Positions 49,837 through 62,999 of a stretch of DNA of 64,000 nt are shown in pieces. Each line of letters opens with the position of its first letter. The first letter of the stretch is position 1. Below the pieces are notes generated by a model. That model had not been told where the DNA came from. It did no database searches and worked only from the letters and a program-made list of their open reading frames with translations. Made by a program: the position numbers and the translations under genes. The stretch is from Octopus vulgaris (lineage: Eukaryota), in the NCBI GenBank assembly GCA_951406725.2, contig OX597817.1, positions 106,702,001-106,766,000 of the forward strand, in the 5' to 3' direction.

Positions 49837-51073
49837 CTATAAAGAAGTACAACAGATTCTTGAATAAATAATATTCTAAATAATAATTTTTAGTTACATT
49901 ATCAAAATAACAAATTTATTGATTTCTCTGACTGATTTTTACTTTCACATATTTAATATCAGCAATGGTCATTAATATAACCTCCACTAATGTTGACAAA
50001 CTTCTAATAGTGTATTATATTTAGAGACAAACAAAATTCAGTATGAGGCAAGTTTTAATAATCCTGAGCATAACTTTAAACTGCATCAACTAGCAGGACC
50101 CTGGTTGAGGAGTTCCTCTTTGCTACTATCATTCCCAAATTCATGTTGACCCAGAAAAGTAGCACCTGTCAGGGTCCCAGCTATGGATTAAATAGCGTTA
50201 TACTACCCAAGACAGTGTTCACAGAAATCAGGAGATGCAGCTTGGTGAATGTGAACTATTTCAGCAAATGAATCTTATTGAATCAATGGAGAGTATCACT
50301 AAATGCTGAGCAGATGAACAGATAACAAACTGTCAATGGCCACAATCAACTAGTTCAGTTAGCAAACTACCACTACCATCTGTAGTCATAGTGTGTGCAG
50401 ATAGATATTTCAGTTAGCAAAATACCAATATGACTAAAACCCAGGCCTCATCACTTGATTGGGGCATCTGTCATGGAAGGGAAAGTTACCTGACCTAGAT
50501 GGATAGATAGGGAAAGAATTAAAAAGCATAATTTGACCATTGCTTTGGGTTCTATAAATTATCTGAACAGTTACTGCTCTGCAAATCTATCAAATAATTG
50601 TGTATGTGCTTTATATATAAAGATAAATTGTTCAACAAATATTTGTCTTTGAAAAATGGTAGATTTGATATATAATAGGGATGTTTCAGAATCCTCAAAC
50701 AGTTATAACACATTGTATGAGATAAAACATAGTTTTCTCCATCAGGTATAAAATAAAGGACCTTTAAGCCATGGATGATAAACCCAATATTCTTAAATAT
50801 CAAAACTAAACTATGACATTAGAGAACAAGTCTCTTGCCTATGCATAACATGATTAGAAACATTTTATGTAAAATTATCAAATATACAACCCATATCTTT
50901 CTTTCTGAGAACATGGTTGAAACAAGTTCAAAAGATTGTACATGCGGTTTTGGAAACATTTTCTGATGAGTTGTAGTGCACCTGAGCACTATACAATAAG
51001 TTCATTATACATATATATATATAAATATACATATATTATGAAACATAAATAAAAATGATATGACAGTACTTAC

Positions 51074-51189
51074 TCATGGGCCGGATCTCGTTTATACTGA
51101 CATCGATAAAGGGAAGCAAGTTTTGTTGCAAAAATTATAGTTGGCAAAAAGAAAATCACTGCCCAGCCTAAACTGAACCAAAAACCATT
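51074..51189 (-). CDS. PROM1: Prominin-like exon encoding TM5 (116 nt)
   Basis: NGFWFSLGWAVIFFLPTIIFATKLASLYRCQYKRDPAH, matching the prominin N-x-FW...LP-x-IIFA-x-KLA-x-x-YR motif; ttttctag / GA|gtaagt. Confidence 0.93.
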
Positions 51190-52887
51190 CTAGAAAACAA
51201 AATTAAACATATGTGAATAATAATAATCCATAAGTTAGGTTTTAGATACGGAAATATACATGAGCTTTTACTCAATTTAGTTGTTTGACTGCAACAATAT
51301 TGAGGCATTGCCTTCAAGGTTTTAATTAATTACATGAACCCCATGGCTTAATTCAGTACTCATTTTATCAAGTGATTGAGACCTCTGGCAATATACTGTG
51401 CTTGAGAAAACTTGTTAAGCTGAGTAAGATTGTAGTCATGGCCAATGCTGGTGCAGTGTAACTGGCACCAGTACTGGTAGTATGTAAAATGCACCCACTA
51501 CATTCTTGGAGTGGTTAGCATTAGGAAGGGCATCCAGCTGTAGAAATCATGCCAAATCAGATTGGGACCTGGTACAGCTCCCCAATTTTCAGTCAAACCA
51601 TCCAACCTATGCCAGCATAGAAAATAGACATTAAATGAAGATGATGATTGATTATTGCACTGTTAAGTTCACCAGAGTTGCATCCATTTACAAAGTTTCG
51701 TCCTTCTCAGACTTAACTACAATAATGCATTTACACAAACAAATGTGGAGCAAAACTGTGGTTGTGAAGCAACTTCTTAACCACACAACTGTGCATACAA
51801 CTATGTTGAAATTCAAAACAAAATATTCTTTGATGTTCCTGTCTAATAGTTTTAAGAATAAGGTAAAGATATAAAAAGTTGTCATAAACTTATTTGCTGT
51901 GACCATGCACCAACCATCAAAAATTTTTTGTTAATCATATTAACAAGAGTACGTCTTGTATCAAAATATTTTTATGAAAATGTTAAGTTACCTTTTGACA
52001 AAAAACTATGCAACTCAATACACAGTTGTACACACACACAGAGGCTCAATTGTTATATAAAAAAGAGGTAAAACTACAATATAACCCTTTAACATTTAGA
52101 TTATCAAATATGCACACCACGAGAAATGATCAAGCTCAATAACAATCTATTAAGCAACAACTACCCCAAAAACATACTATTCACTCCAATTATGAAGAAA
52201 AGAGGGGATGAAACCAATAAACTGTCCACAGTCTGTCTACCCTATATGAAAGGCCTCTCCGAAAAAATGCAAAAGATATGTGGCCCATAAGACATCAGGA
52301 CAGTATATGCAATTCCATCCATAGGGCATTAGCCACCTCAAAGCAACAGTTGAAGAAACTTGTCCAAGTCCCCACACAGTATGATTGAATGAAATGAAAT
52401 TATTAACCAGTTGGTTATACCTGCACCTAAATTTTTATATATTAGAATTTTTGTGTGGTAAGAAGCTTGTTGCCCAACCACATGCTTCCACCACTACCTC
52501 TTATTTGTTTTGTTTGTTTGTGTGTGTGTGTTCAGTCCCACTGCATGACACCTTGGGCAAGTGTCTTCTACTATAGCCTTAGGCCAACCAAATCCTTGTG
52601 AGTGGATTTGGTAGATAGAAACTGAAAAAAGCCCATTGTGTATGTGTGTGCCTTTGTGTCTATATTTGTCCCCACCACCATTTGACAACTGCTGTTGGTG
52701 TGTTTACATTCCTGTAACTTTACAGTTCAGCAAAAGAGACAAATAGAGTAAGTACCAGGATTAAAAAGAAAAAAAATTAGTACTGGGGTACTGGGTCGAT
52801 TCATTCAACTAATATTCTTCAAGACGGTGCCCCAGCATGGCCACAGTCTAATGACTAAAACGAGTAAAATATAAAAGATCAACTTAC

Positions 52888-52977
52888 TAATGGGTTCAAG
52901 AATGTTATACACACTGTGTCAGAGATATCAAAAACTGACCGATAGAGAGGTTCACAATGACCAACATTATCCATTAA
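52888..52977 (-). CDS. PROM1: Prominin-like exon (90 nt), Cys pair before TM5
   Basis: LMDNVGHCEPLYRSVFDISDTVCITFLNPL (VGxCxP...C...PL); ttttcag / gtaagt; phase 0-0. Confidence 0.92.
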
Positions 52978-54531
52978 CTGAAAATCAAAATATATGAAAT
53001 TATTATTATTATTATTATTATCATCATCATTATCATATGGTCAATCAAGGCAGTGAGCTGACAGAATTGTCAGCACACCAGGCAAAATGCTTTACATTCT
53101 GAGTTTAAATTCCACTGAGGTTGATTTTTGCCTTTTGGGTTTGATGAAATAACTTCCAGTTTAGTACCGGGGTTGATGTAATCAACTTACGCCTCTCCCA
53201 AAATTGCTGGCCTTGTGCCAAAATTTGAAATCATTATCACATGGATAATCAAAGTGGTGAACTGGCAGAATCATTAGCACACCGAGTGAAATGCTTATTG
53301 GCATTTCATCCATCTTTATGCTCCAAGTTCAAATTCCGCTAGGGTCAACTTTGCCTTTCATCCTTTCGGGATCAATAAAATAAGTACCAGTAGAGCACCG
53401 TTCCCTGAAAAAGCTAGCCTTGTACAAAAATTTGAAACCATTATTATATGGTCAATTATAAATACTTATTTGTTACAGTAGAGGAAAGGGCTCCACATTG
53501 TAATCAACTCCAGTACTTGTGATTAATTTATTGATATTTGAAGAATGAAAGTAAATTCAATTTTGAATTTTGAACCAAGTTTGAACCAACAGTTTGAACC
53601 AAGAATGTAAATAACTAATTATATGTTGAAAGATATTTTGTTCAGCACTTTACCATTTTTACAATCTGCTCTATATCTATGAATGTAAGGAAGTGGGGTA
53701 TGGCGTGTTGAGGGGGGGGGGCATAGCACTTTTGACAAGGGACAACTTGCACTTGAATAGTTCATCCACTTTGGACTCCACCTAGCAGCTGACTCTTACT
53801 TGTGGCACCAAGGAGTTGTTTGCATGCAACAGCAGCCACAACCTTAAAAAAGTAAAAACTGCTTCAACTGGTTGGCTAAATCAGTAAGAGTAGCCAATGG
53901 TTATGTAACTCATGATGAGTTAGGGATTGCCTACCTGTGTATGCTAAAGACTGGATCAGGCAGATCGTGGAAGAAAGTTTCATGGTTTAATAGGGAAGAA
54001 AACAGCTGCAGCAACACTATGTGGAGTGCAGAGAACAAAACGAGGAAAAAAGACATCTTAGTCATCCACTGCATCCATCTCCATCCAATAGTCATCTTGA
54101 CCTGGTCTTGTCATTAGATTGGAGGTAGTCATGGACAAGAGATTCTTTACTATAAACAAAATCACAATGCAAATCATCAGCCATCTCTAGGATGACTAGA
54201 TAGTTGTGCTGAAACAGAGGGTGGTGGATGGTCAGGTGGAAGGACCAGTTGATTAGTTGATTTTATCAACACCAGCTATACTAGTACTATGTTTTATTGA
54301 GAGAATTGGCAATGATGATAGGCAAAAGGAAATGGTATGTAAGAGGGGAGGCTGAGGGTGTAATGGCAAGGAACAGGGGAGATGAAAGGGATTTATGATA
54401 AGATTGAAAAAAAGAGACGGATAGAGTTGAAAAGGTGATAATTGCATAAGGTGATAATTGCATAAGCAGAGGTGAGGTCTTGAACTATCCAACAATATAA
54501 AGGGTGAGTCTGAGAATAAATGCTTAATTAC

Positions 54532-54600
54532 CTTATTGGCTACCATTTCTATGGAATCCACAACTATAGTGCTAATATTTTTGATAACAATTTTCAGCAC
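54532..54600 (-). CDS. PROM1: Prominin-like exon (69 nt), extracellular loop 2
   Basis: VLKIVIKNISTIVVDSIEMVANK; tatacag / AAG|gtaatt; phase 0-0; N-glycosylation sequon NIS. Confidence 0.85.
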
Positions 54601-55434
54601 CTGTATAAATGAAAATAAATAAATATATTACACTCATAAAAAAAAAAAATTATCATTGAAAATGTATATTTAGTAGGGTTGTCAGAATTGGTAAAACATC
54701 AATTTTCTATGCTAACATGGATTGTAGCCAGGTGCAAAAAAAGTGGGGGAAGAGGCCGCTAGAAGTCAAATGTGATCCTATAAATGATAGGCAACTACTT
54801 TCACGAATAAAATGGTGTGTAATGGCCATAAATGGTGTGTAATGGCCATAAAAATGGTGTGTAATGGCCATAAAAAAGTAAAATAAAGAGATAAATAATT
54901 GATGACAGAAAATTGCTGAAAAGCAGCAACAAAGAAGATATGATCTATATTTTGTACTTCTTTACTGTTTCTTACTATTCATACTGAAGTTGCTTCCTTA
55001 AGCCTCACACAACACGCAGGTGATCCACAGTGTAATTGGTAACACAGTCACCCTGTAAGTGATAGATAAGTAGTTGGGATCACATCAGTAAGCTTATTTC
55101 TTTTTTAAAATGAGACAATGGTCACCAATAACAGAAAGGGGCTATGTGACATGTCTGCAATCATGCCCAAAACAAATGTGCGTTGACATCACTAAATGAC
55201 GAATGATAGAGAGAGCCTCTTTGTGGTCACTGGATTTGCTGGAAATTGTGGTTAAATCCCACACAAATCATATCCGACAGTCTTAGAAAGGGAAGGACAC
55301 TTTGGATGAAGTAATCCAAGATGCATTGGTGTGTAGGGAGAAAAAAAAGATGTGATATTCACAGCTAGAATAACTGATCATAGGTCTTGTCGATAAGAAC
55401 TGACTTCAGACTAAATAATAATAAAAATATTTAC

Positions 55435-55515
55435 CACAGAGATTATTTTGGTACCATTTTTGTTAATTTCATTTTCAGTTTCATTAATGTCTCTAATTAA
55501 ATCATCAAGATGTTC
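55435..55515 (-). CDS. PROM1: Prominin-like exon (81 nt)
   Basis: EHLDDLIRDINETENEINKNGTKIISV; tttttcag / gtaaat; phase 0-0; sequons NET and NGT. Confidence 0.85.
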
Positions 55516-56411
55516 CTGAAAAACAATATAATTAAAATAAATAGTCTGCTCATGCATATTTAAAAAAAAAAGATATGCTATTAGGAGAAATTTGAAAGTG
55601 AGATCAAAAGCAAATTGAATATCTATTAAGATAGATGTCAGAATACTACATATAATAAAGTAAGTCCTTGTATGCTTTCATTGGTACAATAACATTGACC
55701 ATTCCATACACATTTATTACTAAAGTTAACATTTAAGAGGGGTGAGGTTGCTCGTTAATGCTAAACATGTTTCAAGTTTCATATCCTAACTGAAAAATCA
55801 CTCCACTCAAACACACTGGACACACACACATATATGGCTGTGTGGTTATGAAGTTTGCTTTGCAATCATGTGGTTCCAGTTTTAAGTCCAAGGTAGATCA
55901 GAGTAAGATCATGGCAGGAGTAATTTAGTAGCTGGAAATAGGATAGAAATTTACTGCAAATGCAGAGTTACTCCCAGCTACCCAGGATATTTTTGCAACT
56001 GTCTCCCTATTTCTACAAAATGGAGGCAATCTGTATGCTAAGTTAAGTTAGATCACTGCCATACTCACATCTCTAATTGGTAGCTAAGGCTCTCCTCACT
56101 TACAATAATCAGAACAACCTCTCTAGTACTGATGGTACAATAAAATTCCTTTTGCCCTCCTCCGAGATGATAAAAGATAACTTAGAGTCAATATAATAGA
56201 CCCAAAAGTGGTATCCCGTTATGATTTCCCAAAATTACAGTATGGATATGTATAACGTACTTAAAGTAATGGTTGCATTGAGTTTAGAAATCATTTAAAG
56301 GAATTTAATTGAATTAATACCATAAATTGCTGTCACTTTGTTATATACATCGAATTTATAATGTTTACAGTACAATAATGTAAAGGAAAACACAAAATTG
56401 AAAGTCTACAT

Positions 56412-56627
56412 CAGTGGTTCCCAACCAGGGTCCTTATAAAATTTTGTGGTTAAAATTGATGTGCTTATACTTCTACAATAAATTTCTTATACAATTCCTA
56501 ATAATATTTAATTATAAAAATACAGTAGGATTTTTTTTTATTTATACATCAAATGGCTATGGAGGTCCAGTAGAGTTAAAATAGGAATCAAAAGGGTTCA
56601 CAAACAAAACATGGTTGAGAGCCACTG
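56412..56627. mobile_element. hAT MITE with perfect 8-bp TSD
   Basis: GTCTACAT-CAGTGGTTCCCAACC...GGTTGAGAGCCACTG-GTCTACAT. Confidence 0.9.
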
Positions 56628-56799
56628 GTCTACATAAACAGAAAAAAAAAAGACAGGAAATTACTAAATATCATTAGAATTTGGGAATATGGCTTTGACA
56701 ATAAGACATGTAAAAAAAAAAAGGAAGATGAAGTGAAACATCAATAATGCATTGCATTTTTGGTTCTCACTTCAAGAGTATCAAATTAAATTTATTTAC

Positions 56800-56850
56800 C
56801 GTGATATTCATTTTTTGATTGACTTCATCAAGACTCTTCTTTAGTCGATT
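56800..56850 (-). CDS. PROM1: Prominin-like exon (51 nt)
   Basis: NRLKKSLDEVNQKMNIT; tatttcag / G|gtaaat; phase 0-0. Confidence 0.85.
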
Positions 56851-58071
56851 CTGAAATAAGTCAAACAGTTAAATATCAGATATGAATGAAATATCACAGA
56901 ACCAGTATATTTTATTCAGTTGAAAACATTAAGAATTGTACAGCAAAGAGAATAATAAGTGGTTCTACCGGAATTCCAAGAAACAGTAGAAGTAAACTGA
57001 TTAACAGTTCAGTGTTAAAATACCAAAGTAGACAGCATGAGTGGTAAGAGGATCAGTAAGTTACTATGAAAGTTCACTTAAATTTTTATCTATTTGAATC
57101 AGTAAAATAATAACTAATGTACAATAAACAGTCTGTGGTGGAGACAAAAGGATCACATTTGCTTTGTTAATTTTGTTAACCTGTGTTTGTGAGATGTATT
57201 TTACTTTTCTCTGCTTTCACCATTCAACGCCATTATTTGAATTTAAATTGGGAGCCTGAGTTACAGTGAATCTTTCATTTGCTGATTACACAACCATGGC
57301 TGTTACCCCTATAGAAGCATTGCAATTACTCTCTTGATAGAGCTTGGTGGTCCTGACCGTTGATCTTCTAGGATTCCTCTGCTCAGCATCAGTGTAAGAA
57401 GCATCATTGGCTCAGTCAAGCTCTTCCACTACCTCTTTATAATCCACCATGCTAAGTCCCATGACTTTGTTGTATTCCTGGCAGGGTGGCTGAACAGGTG
57501 CTATGCCTAGCCAAAAGCCAGCCCATAACTATGCAGGACACAGTCTTCACTCCATGATGTATTTTCAAAATACTCACACACTTGAGCAGAACAGTCTAGA
57601 CACCCAACATCAATAATAGTGAAACAAATGTATGACTGTGTAGCTAATCCAACACATGGCAATTAGTTATAAGTATTAGAAATGTACTGTACAGATAAAT
57701 AGGCTAAATTAGCTGCAATAGTCACAAAGGGAGAGCCTCTACAGAGCTGCTCAATTTTCCAGATATAGTATTCAAATAGTGCCCTATGTTGTCTTAAAGG
57801 ACACATTTAATAACATAGTCTGAGGGGGGGAAAAAAAGAAAAAAAAAGGAATGGTTACAAAAAGCTACAATGCTTTTGCTTGTAGATATGTGCTATCTGG
57901 AGCTAAATTAGAATTAATATTAACTGGAATTGAATGAAATACTTTTGAATTAGTAGAGCATATAGTGACATCGTGCTATGATGTGGCACAAACTATGAGT
58001 TTATGTAATAGTAATAAAATTGTAGGAAATAGCATAATATATGTAGAAGTGAAAACTGTCAAAGTAAATAC

Positions 58072-58146
58072 CTTTTCTTCTACCATGGCAAGATAGGTCA
58101 CATCATGGATTTGCATCAAAACTTTAGCTGTGTCATTCAGGGCACC
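58072..58146 (-). CDS. PROM1: Prominin-like exon (75 nt)
   Basis: GALNDTAKVLMQIHDVTYLAMVEEK; tttttgtatag / AAG|gtattt; phase 0-0. Confidence 0.85.
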
Positions 58147-58209
58147 CTATACAAAAAAAAATGTAATATTATTTTGAGTATAGTTCACAAATACACAATT
58201 TTATATTAT

Positions 58210-58950
58210 ACTAGCTGAGTATCCTGTCATTGCTGGGTAATTTTCACAACCACCTGGTACCATCCTCTTCAAGGATTTGTTTAACCCATGGTTGGTCCAT
58301 TGCTGGGATTTAAGCAACAACAGAAAAAAATTTTGTAGTTTAAATTTTTAATCCAGGTGTGTATGTGTGTATGTAAGAAAAAGTGTATTTACTAACAGAA
58401 AAGTATGATATTAAATTATCTTTTACATGCCTTTTCTAAATCACTTTGTTGCCCAAATGAAACTCCTTACAAACATGCATACACACACACAAACACACCC
58501 AGCATGAGCGATGTGCATATACCGAAAGTGAGTGTGGTAAATATATAAATAGAGGGGGAAGGTTTACAATGAGAAAAGTGAAAAATGAAAGAGATGGACA
58601 TAAAGAAAGGGAGATACTTTCTGTTGCTGTCAGATTTTGAAATTTTACAATTAAGTGAAAACTTTCAAATTTGGTACATTGATGTACTTTTTTTAGGCTG
58701 AATCTGATTTTATGATTCAATTAATCAAAAAAAATTTTTTAGCAAAATATTACAGAGGTTTCGTTTTTGGATTTGGTTTGCAAGATTCTTTATATGAGTT
58801 CGTGTGTTGAAGCATATTCTGTTGTGTCTGAGGAGAGTCATTTTCTTTTTGTGCCTTATAATGTAACACACTCACCGGTAAAATTTTCACTTATTTCTTA
58901 TTTTTATTCTCCTAAAATTTTCGTTGCATCTTACAACCTTTTCAATAGTC
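58210..58950. mobile_element. Probable Helentron/DINE-like non-autonomous element plus adjoining repeat
   Basis: Starts ACTAGCTGAGTATCCTGTCATTGCTGGG (DINE-like end), with internal (TG)/(CA) tracts and TATATAAATAGAG. Boundaries approximate. Confidence 0.35.
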
Positions 58951-59647
58951 TTGACTGTCCGTTATTTACACTGCATTCCCTCGCATCATGTAGCCAACTG
59001 GAAATGGTGTTTCTTGGGGCTAAATAGCAGTAGCATTCTTCCCTTTCCTGGGACTGCCACATTAAGTTGGCAACAAACCATCACTTTATCGTGCTGCTAC
59101 TGTATAACTCTCTCTGAGAGATTTAGAAATGCAATATTTTTAATTTCATATATATATATATATATATTCTGGTCAGTGCTGGTGACACATGAAAGGTACT
59201 CGTACCAGTGAATTGTAATAGACATCCAACCTACTCTGTGGAGTGGCTGGAGTTATGAAGGGCATCCAGCCATAGAAACCAAACCAAAACAGAATGAGCC
59301 TGATGCAGCTCTTTAGTTTACAATCTCCAGTCAAACCATCTACCTCATGTCAGAATGGAAAGCAGATGTTAAATGATGATGATATATATCAAACCCTGCC
59401 AAGAATCTAGCTAATTACTACACTAAGTTCTTCTTTCATAGAAAACCATCCCTCTAGATTACTCTACCTGCTTAATATCTTTTCTACAGTTGTCAACTTG
59501 CACCAATTTAAGCAAAATGTTACAGGCATCAACATTATTGGCCTGTGGGTGTTGGTGAACAGCATAAGCACTACCCCTTTCTTCCAGACATAGTACATAA
59601 AACACAGATTAGAAAATGAAACAAAGGATATAAACAAAAGTACTTAC

Positions 59648-59713
59648 ATTAGAAACTAAAGATAAATTATGAGCCAAGACTTGTAAATCATTTTGTAGAA
59701 TCTTTTTTCCCAG
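59648..59713 (-). CDS. PROM1: Prominin-like exon (66 nt); most 5' exon found, gene continues beyond the window
   Basis: LGKKILQNDLQVLAHNLSLVSN; tttttacag / gtaagt; phase 0-0. Confidence 0.82.
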
Positions 59714-62700
59714 CTGTAAAAAGAAATGTTTAAAAGTAGCATGAGAATGTGAAGAACTAGTGGAAAATAAAACAAACAAGTTATATTTAATATTTTCCAG
59801 AGTAACTGTTAAAATAGATGAAATTGAACATGGATTCATTCAACCAAATACTTGTTGCTAACATTTCTTCTTTTTATAATTAAATGTAAAATGTTAGAGT
59901 TAGGAGAAAGGAAAAAAAAATACTTGTAACATGTTATGCTTTCCATAAAATTAATAAACAAATAGTTAGAAACTAGACTGCAAAATTATTACTGTACTAC
60001 ACCATCTAATAAAACACAATTCAAAACATACAATCATACAAAATTGGTTAACAGAATAGTAGAATTTCTTTTTCGTAACATAAAATTAGCAATTATATAA
60101 TGGAAAAGCCACCACATGATATAAAAAAACAAAATCAAGGTTTTTATGTGGTTTTAGATGGCTGAAATGGAACTTTCATTATGTAATTGATTCAGTTTCA
60201 ACACATGGTGTTGGATTAAAATCACCTGTTAACTATATCTCTGAAAACAGAAAAATTAGAGCAACACAAACAAGAAGTTGTGAACAAGTAAAACAGTTTT
60301 AAGATGCATAGAAAGTTGGAACATGTAGAGTAAACTATTAATTTTGAATATTGGTATCATCAACTGTCATAGCAAATGCCACAAAGGACTTCTAACCATT
60401 TCAGCTTTTGTAATCAGTTGTGGTTTATGGAAGTAATTAGCTGAAGCCATCAGTGGGATCTCATTACTTAGGTAATATTTTGGCTCAAAACCCAAAGAGC
60501 TGCAAGGTACCTCATCAAGGTACCTAGCAGCTGCAAGGTATCTCATCCAATATTCTAATAATTTTGTCAATCCAATGTCCAAGACTGGCATTTTACCAAA
60601 CCTGAAAGGATGAAAGGCAAAGTTGACATTGGCAGGATTTGAACTCAAAGTGTAGAGAAAATAACCAAAACCCCCAAGTATTTTATCTGACACTAATTAC
60701 TACCAATTCCTCATTTTCTAACAATGGTACATAACTATTTACTCTATTAACCTCTGAGGATTTATGGCAAAGTCAATTTTAGTGAGATACAAACTTAGAA
60801 AGTAATAAGACAGAAATAAACACCATAAGGCATTCTGTTCATCATTCTATCAATTCTGAAAATCCATTGTTCTTATTTAGAGTAAAATATTGTAACATTA
60901 AATTCTAATAAAGGTACAAGGCCTCAGATTTAGAGGAGGAGTATATGTCAATGTTATTGACCCTAGTATGTGATTGGTAATGTATTTTATCCCCTTTTCC
61001 CACCTAAGGAGGAAAGGTAAAAATCAACCTTAGTAACATTTGAACTCTGAACAAATGTTACGCAAGTAAATACTGCAAGATATTTTGTTCATCACTCCAC
61101 CTATTCAGGTCATTCTCTATTCTTGCAGAGTAAAATATTGTATTGAAAGTTAGTTACACTTATGATTGTTAATTACTTCTAAACTTATGTATTAGTGTAA
61201 ATATAAATATTTCAAATATATATAAAGAAATTAACTCAAATATTAAATGATTCTGAAAACTGATAATGGAAGTTTCATTAAAAGCTTAGAACACTTTTCT
61301 ATCTACTAATTTTCTTTAGTAAATTTTTTTCCTATTACAACATGCCTTGATGTAAGACAGAATTGTTACTTGACTCACATTGCTGCATTTCCAATATCCT
61401 TCAACAAGGGAGAAGCAGAAAGAAGTAAATGGTTCAGAGGAAAGAATGAAAGCTTTGGAAACAGCCAATAAGGAACAATAATTTTACAGAGTGGAGAATC
61501 ATTTAAAAAATTCAGGTATCTCATTGATTAGAATTGTCATTCAGTCAATCAGAAGTAGAATGAACTAGGTCTGAAGATAGAACAAGAATTGCAGTAAACA
61601 ATTTTAAAAATGGTGGTACAATAAAGTAAACTAAACAATGACAATAGAGCATAAAAGTGACACATAGATATTAAATTGGAAAGGAGGTATGCAGATGGAA
61701 CAAGCATAAAGAAGCCCAAACCAATAAATAATACATGTGTAAGGCAAACCTTTATCCGTCAATACCATCACAACCTCAAGTTACTACAGACACACTATGT
61801 CTTCCTTCTGTTTGTCTCCTACTACAACTACAATGGTTTCTGCCTCAGAATTTATCAACTGTGTCTAGCTCATATACCTACCTATGTACCTCTAGTAGGG
61901 CCTCTGAGATTAATTTAGTAAAGCAGAACAAAACTGCTTTAGGGACCCAAGATGTATGGCATTTGATAGGTGGGGATGCTCTCAAAATTCAAGAGGGATT
62001 GGAGATTTAAATTTTTGCAAGGATGAGGGCCTTGCAACTAGTCACAATAGTCACAAGTCCCTCCATGCCTCTCCAAGTCCTAGACCAATCTACTGGTAGG
62101 ACCTACCTCTTTTAAGCCTCACCCCTCTAGAGTGTCTTAATAGTTACATTTAATACTAAGCAAGTTCTCCATTCCTTCCACTCAAGAAATGAATCCTTGA
62201 AGATCATTGTTTCTCTTGATAAAGTCAAGTTAAACAAATGCATTTAACTACAAGCACAATCTTGTCTCCTCTTCAGACTAACAAATGAGAGACAAAAAAA
62301 TATGATCCATTTTAAATACTGCTGGTTCAAAAAGCAACACATTAGAACACAAAGAAAAAAAATATGGATAAACTCGTATAATTATACTTTGTATTCTGAC
62401 AACAGTACTAGAAATATATATAATAAGACAATTACTGTTTCACTAAAACGATCATGTTTCTCACACTTTGGTAGTCAAACAGTAAATTAGTTGAAACACT
62501 AATCAACTTTAGTTGAAACACTGAGTACTTCAAAAATCAGCAAAATATTTAAAATTTAAAATCTATTCTTAGCAACAGCATCTTTATTTTTTAAAATATT
62601 AGAAACTTATAGTAGTTAGCACTAGAAAAAATATATGTACACTCAATAAATTTCTTTTAAATTCTGTATCAAGTTATACAGCTTTCTTAATTTTAAATCA

Positions 62701-62999
62701 GTCTTTAGGCATGAGATAATCTAACCACTACCAAACAAGGCAACATGCCTCACATCATTCTACTTAACTTGAGCCTGTAAATTAGCAGGAGTTTCACCAA
62801 ATCTACAATAGTTACCATTGAAAACAATGATTCACTTCTAATCCATTTAAGATGGAAAACTGAATGTTTGATAGCAATCTACTCAGTGTATTTTCACCTT
62901 CACAAGCAGTTACACTGCATGTATGTTGTAACACACACACACACACACACACACAGGCATTCCTCAATTGTTTCCGTCACAATACAAATTAAGAGATAT

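Noticed and set aside
49607-49852. Repeat array with internal inverted repeat (TGTTGCT...AGCAACA), CRISPR-like at a glance; also a hydrophobic Leu-rich ORF in another frame
   Set aside because: Units are contiguous with no unique spacers, there are no cas genes and the DNA is eukaryotic. The Leu-rich frame is not phase-compatible with the flanking prominin exons.
54829-54875. Three copies of AAATGGTGTGTAATGGCCATA; similar short duplications near 54435 and 60500
   Set aside because: Ordinary slippage duplications in introns with no further structure.
61379-61398. Possible 20-nt minus-strand micro-exon (gaag|GATATTGGAAATGCAGCAAT|gtgagt); also an acceptor-like site at 60240
   Set aside because: No recognisable prominin similarity, and the phase cannot be checked because the upstream exon is outside the window.
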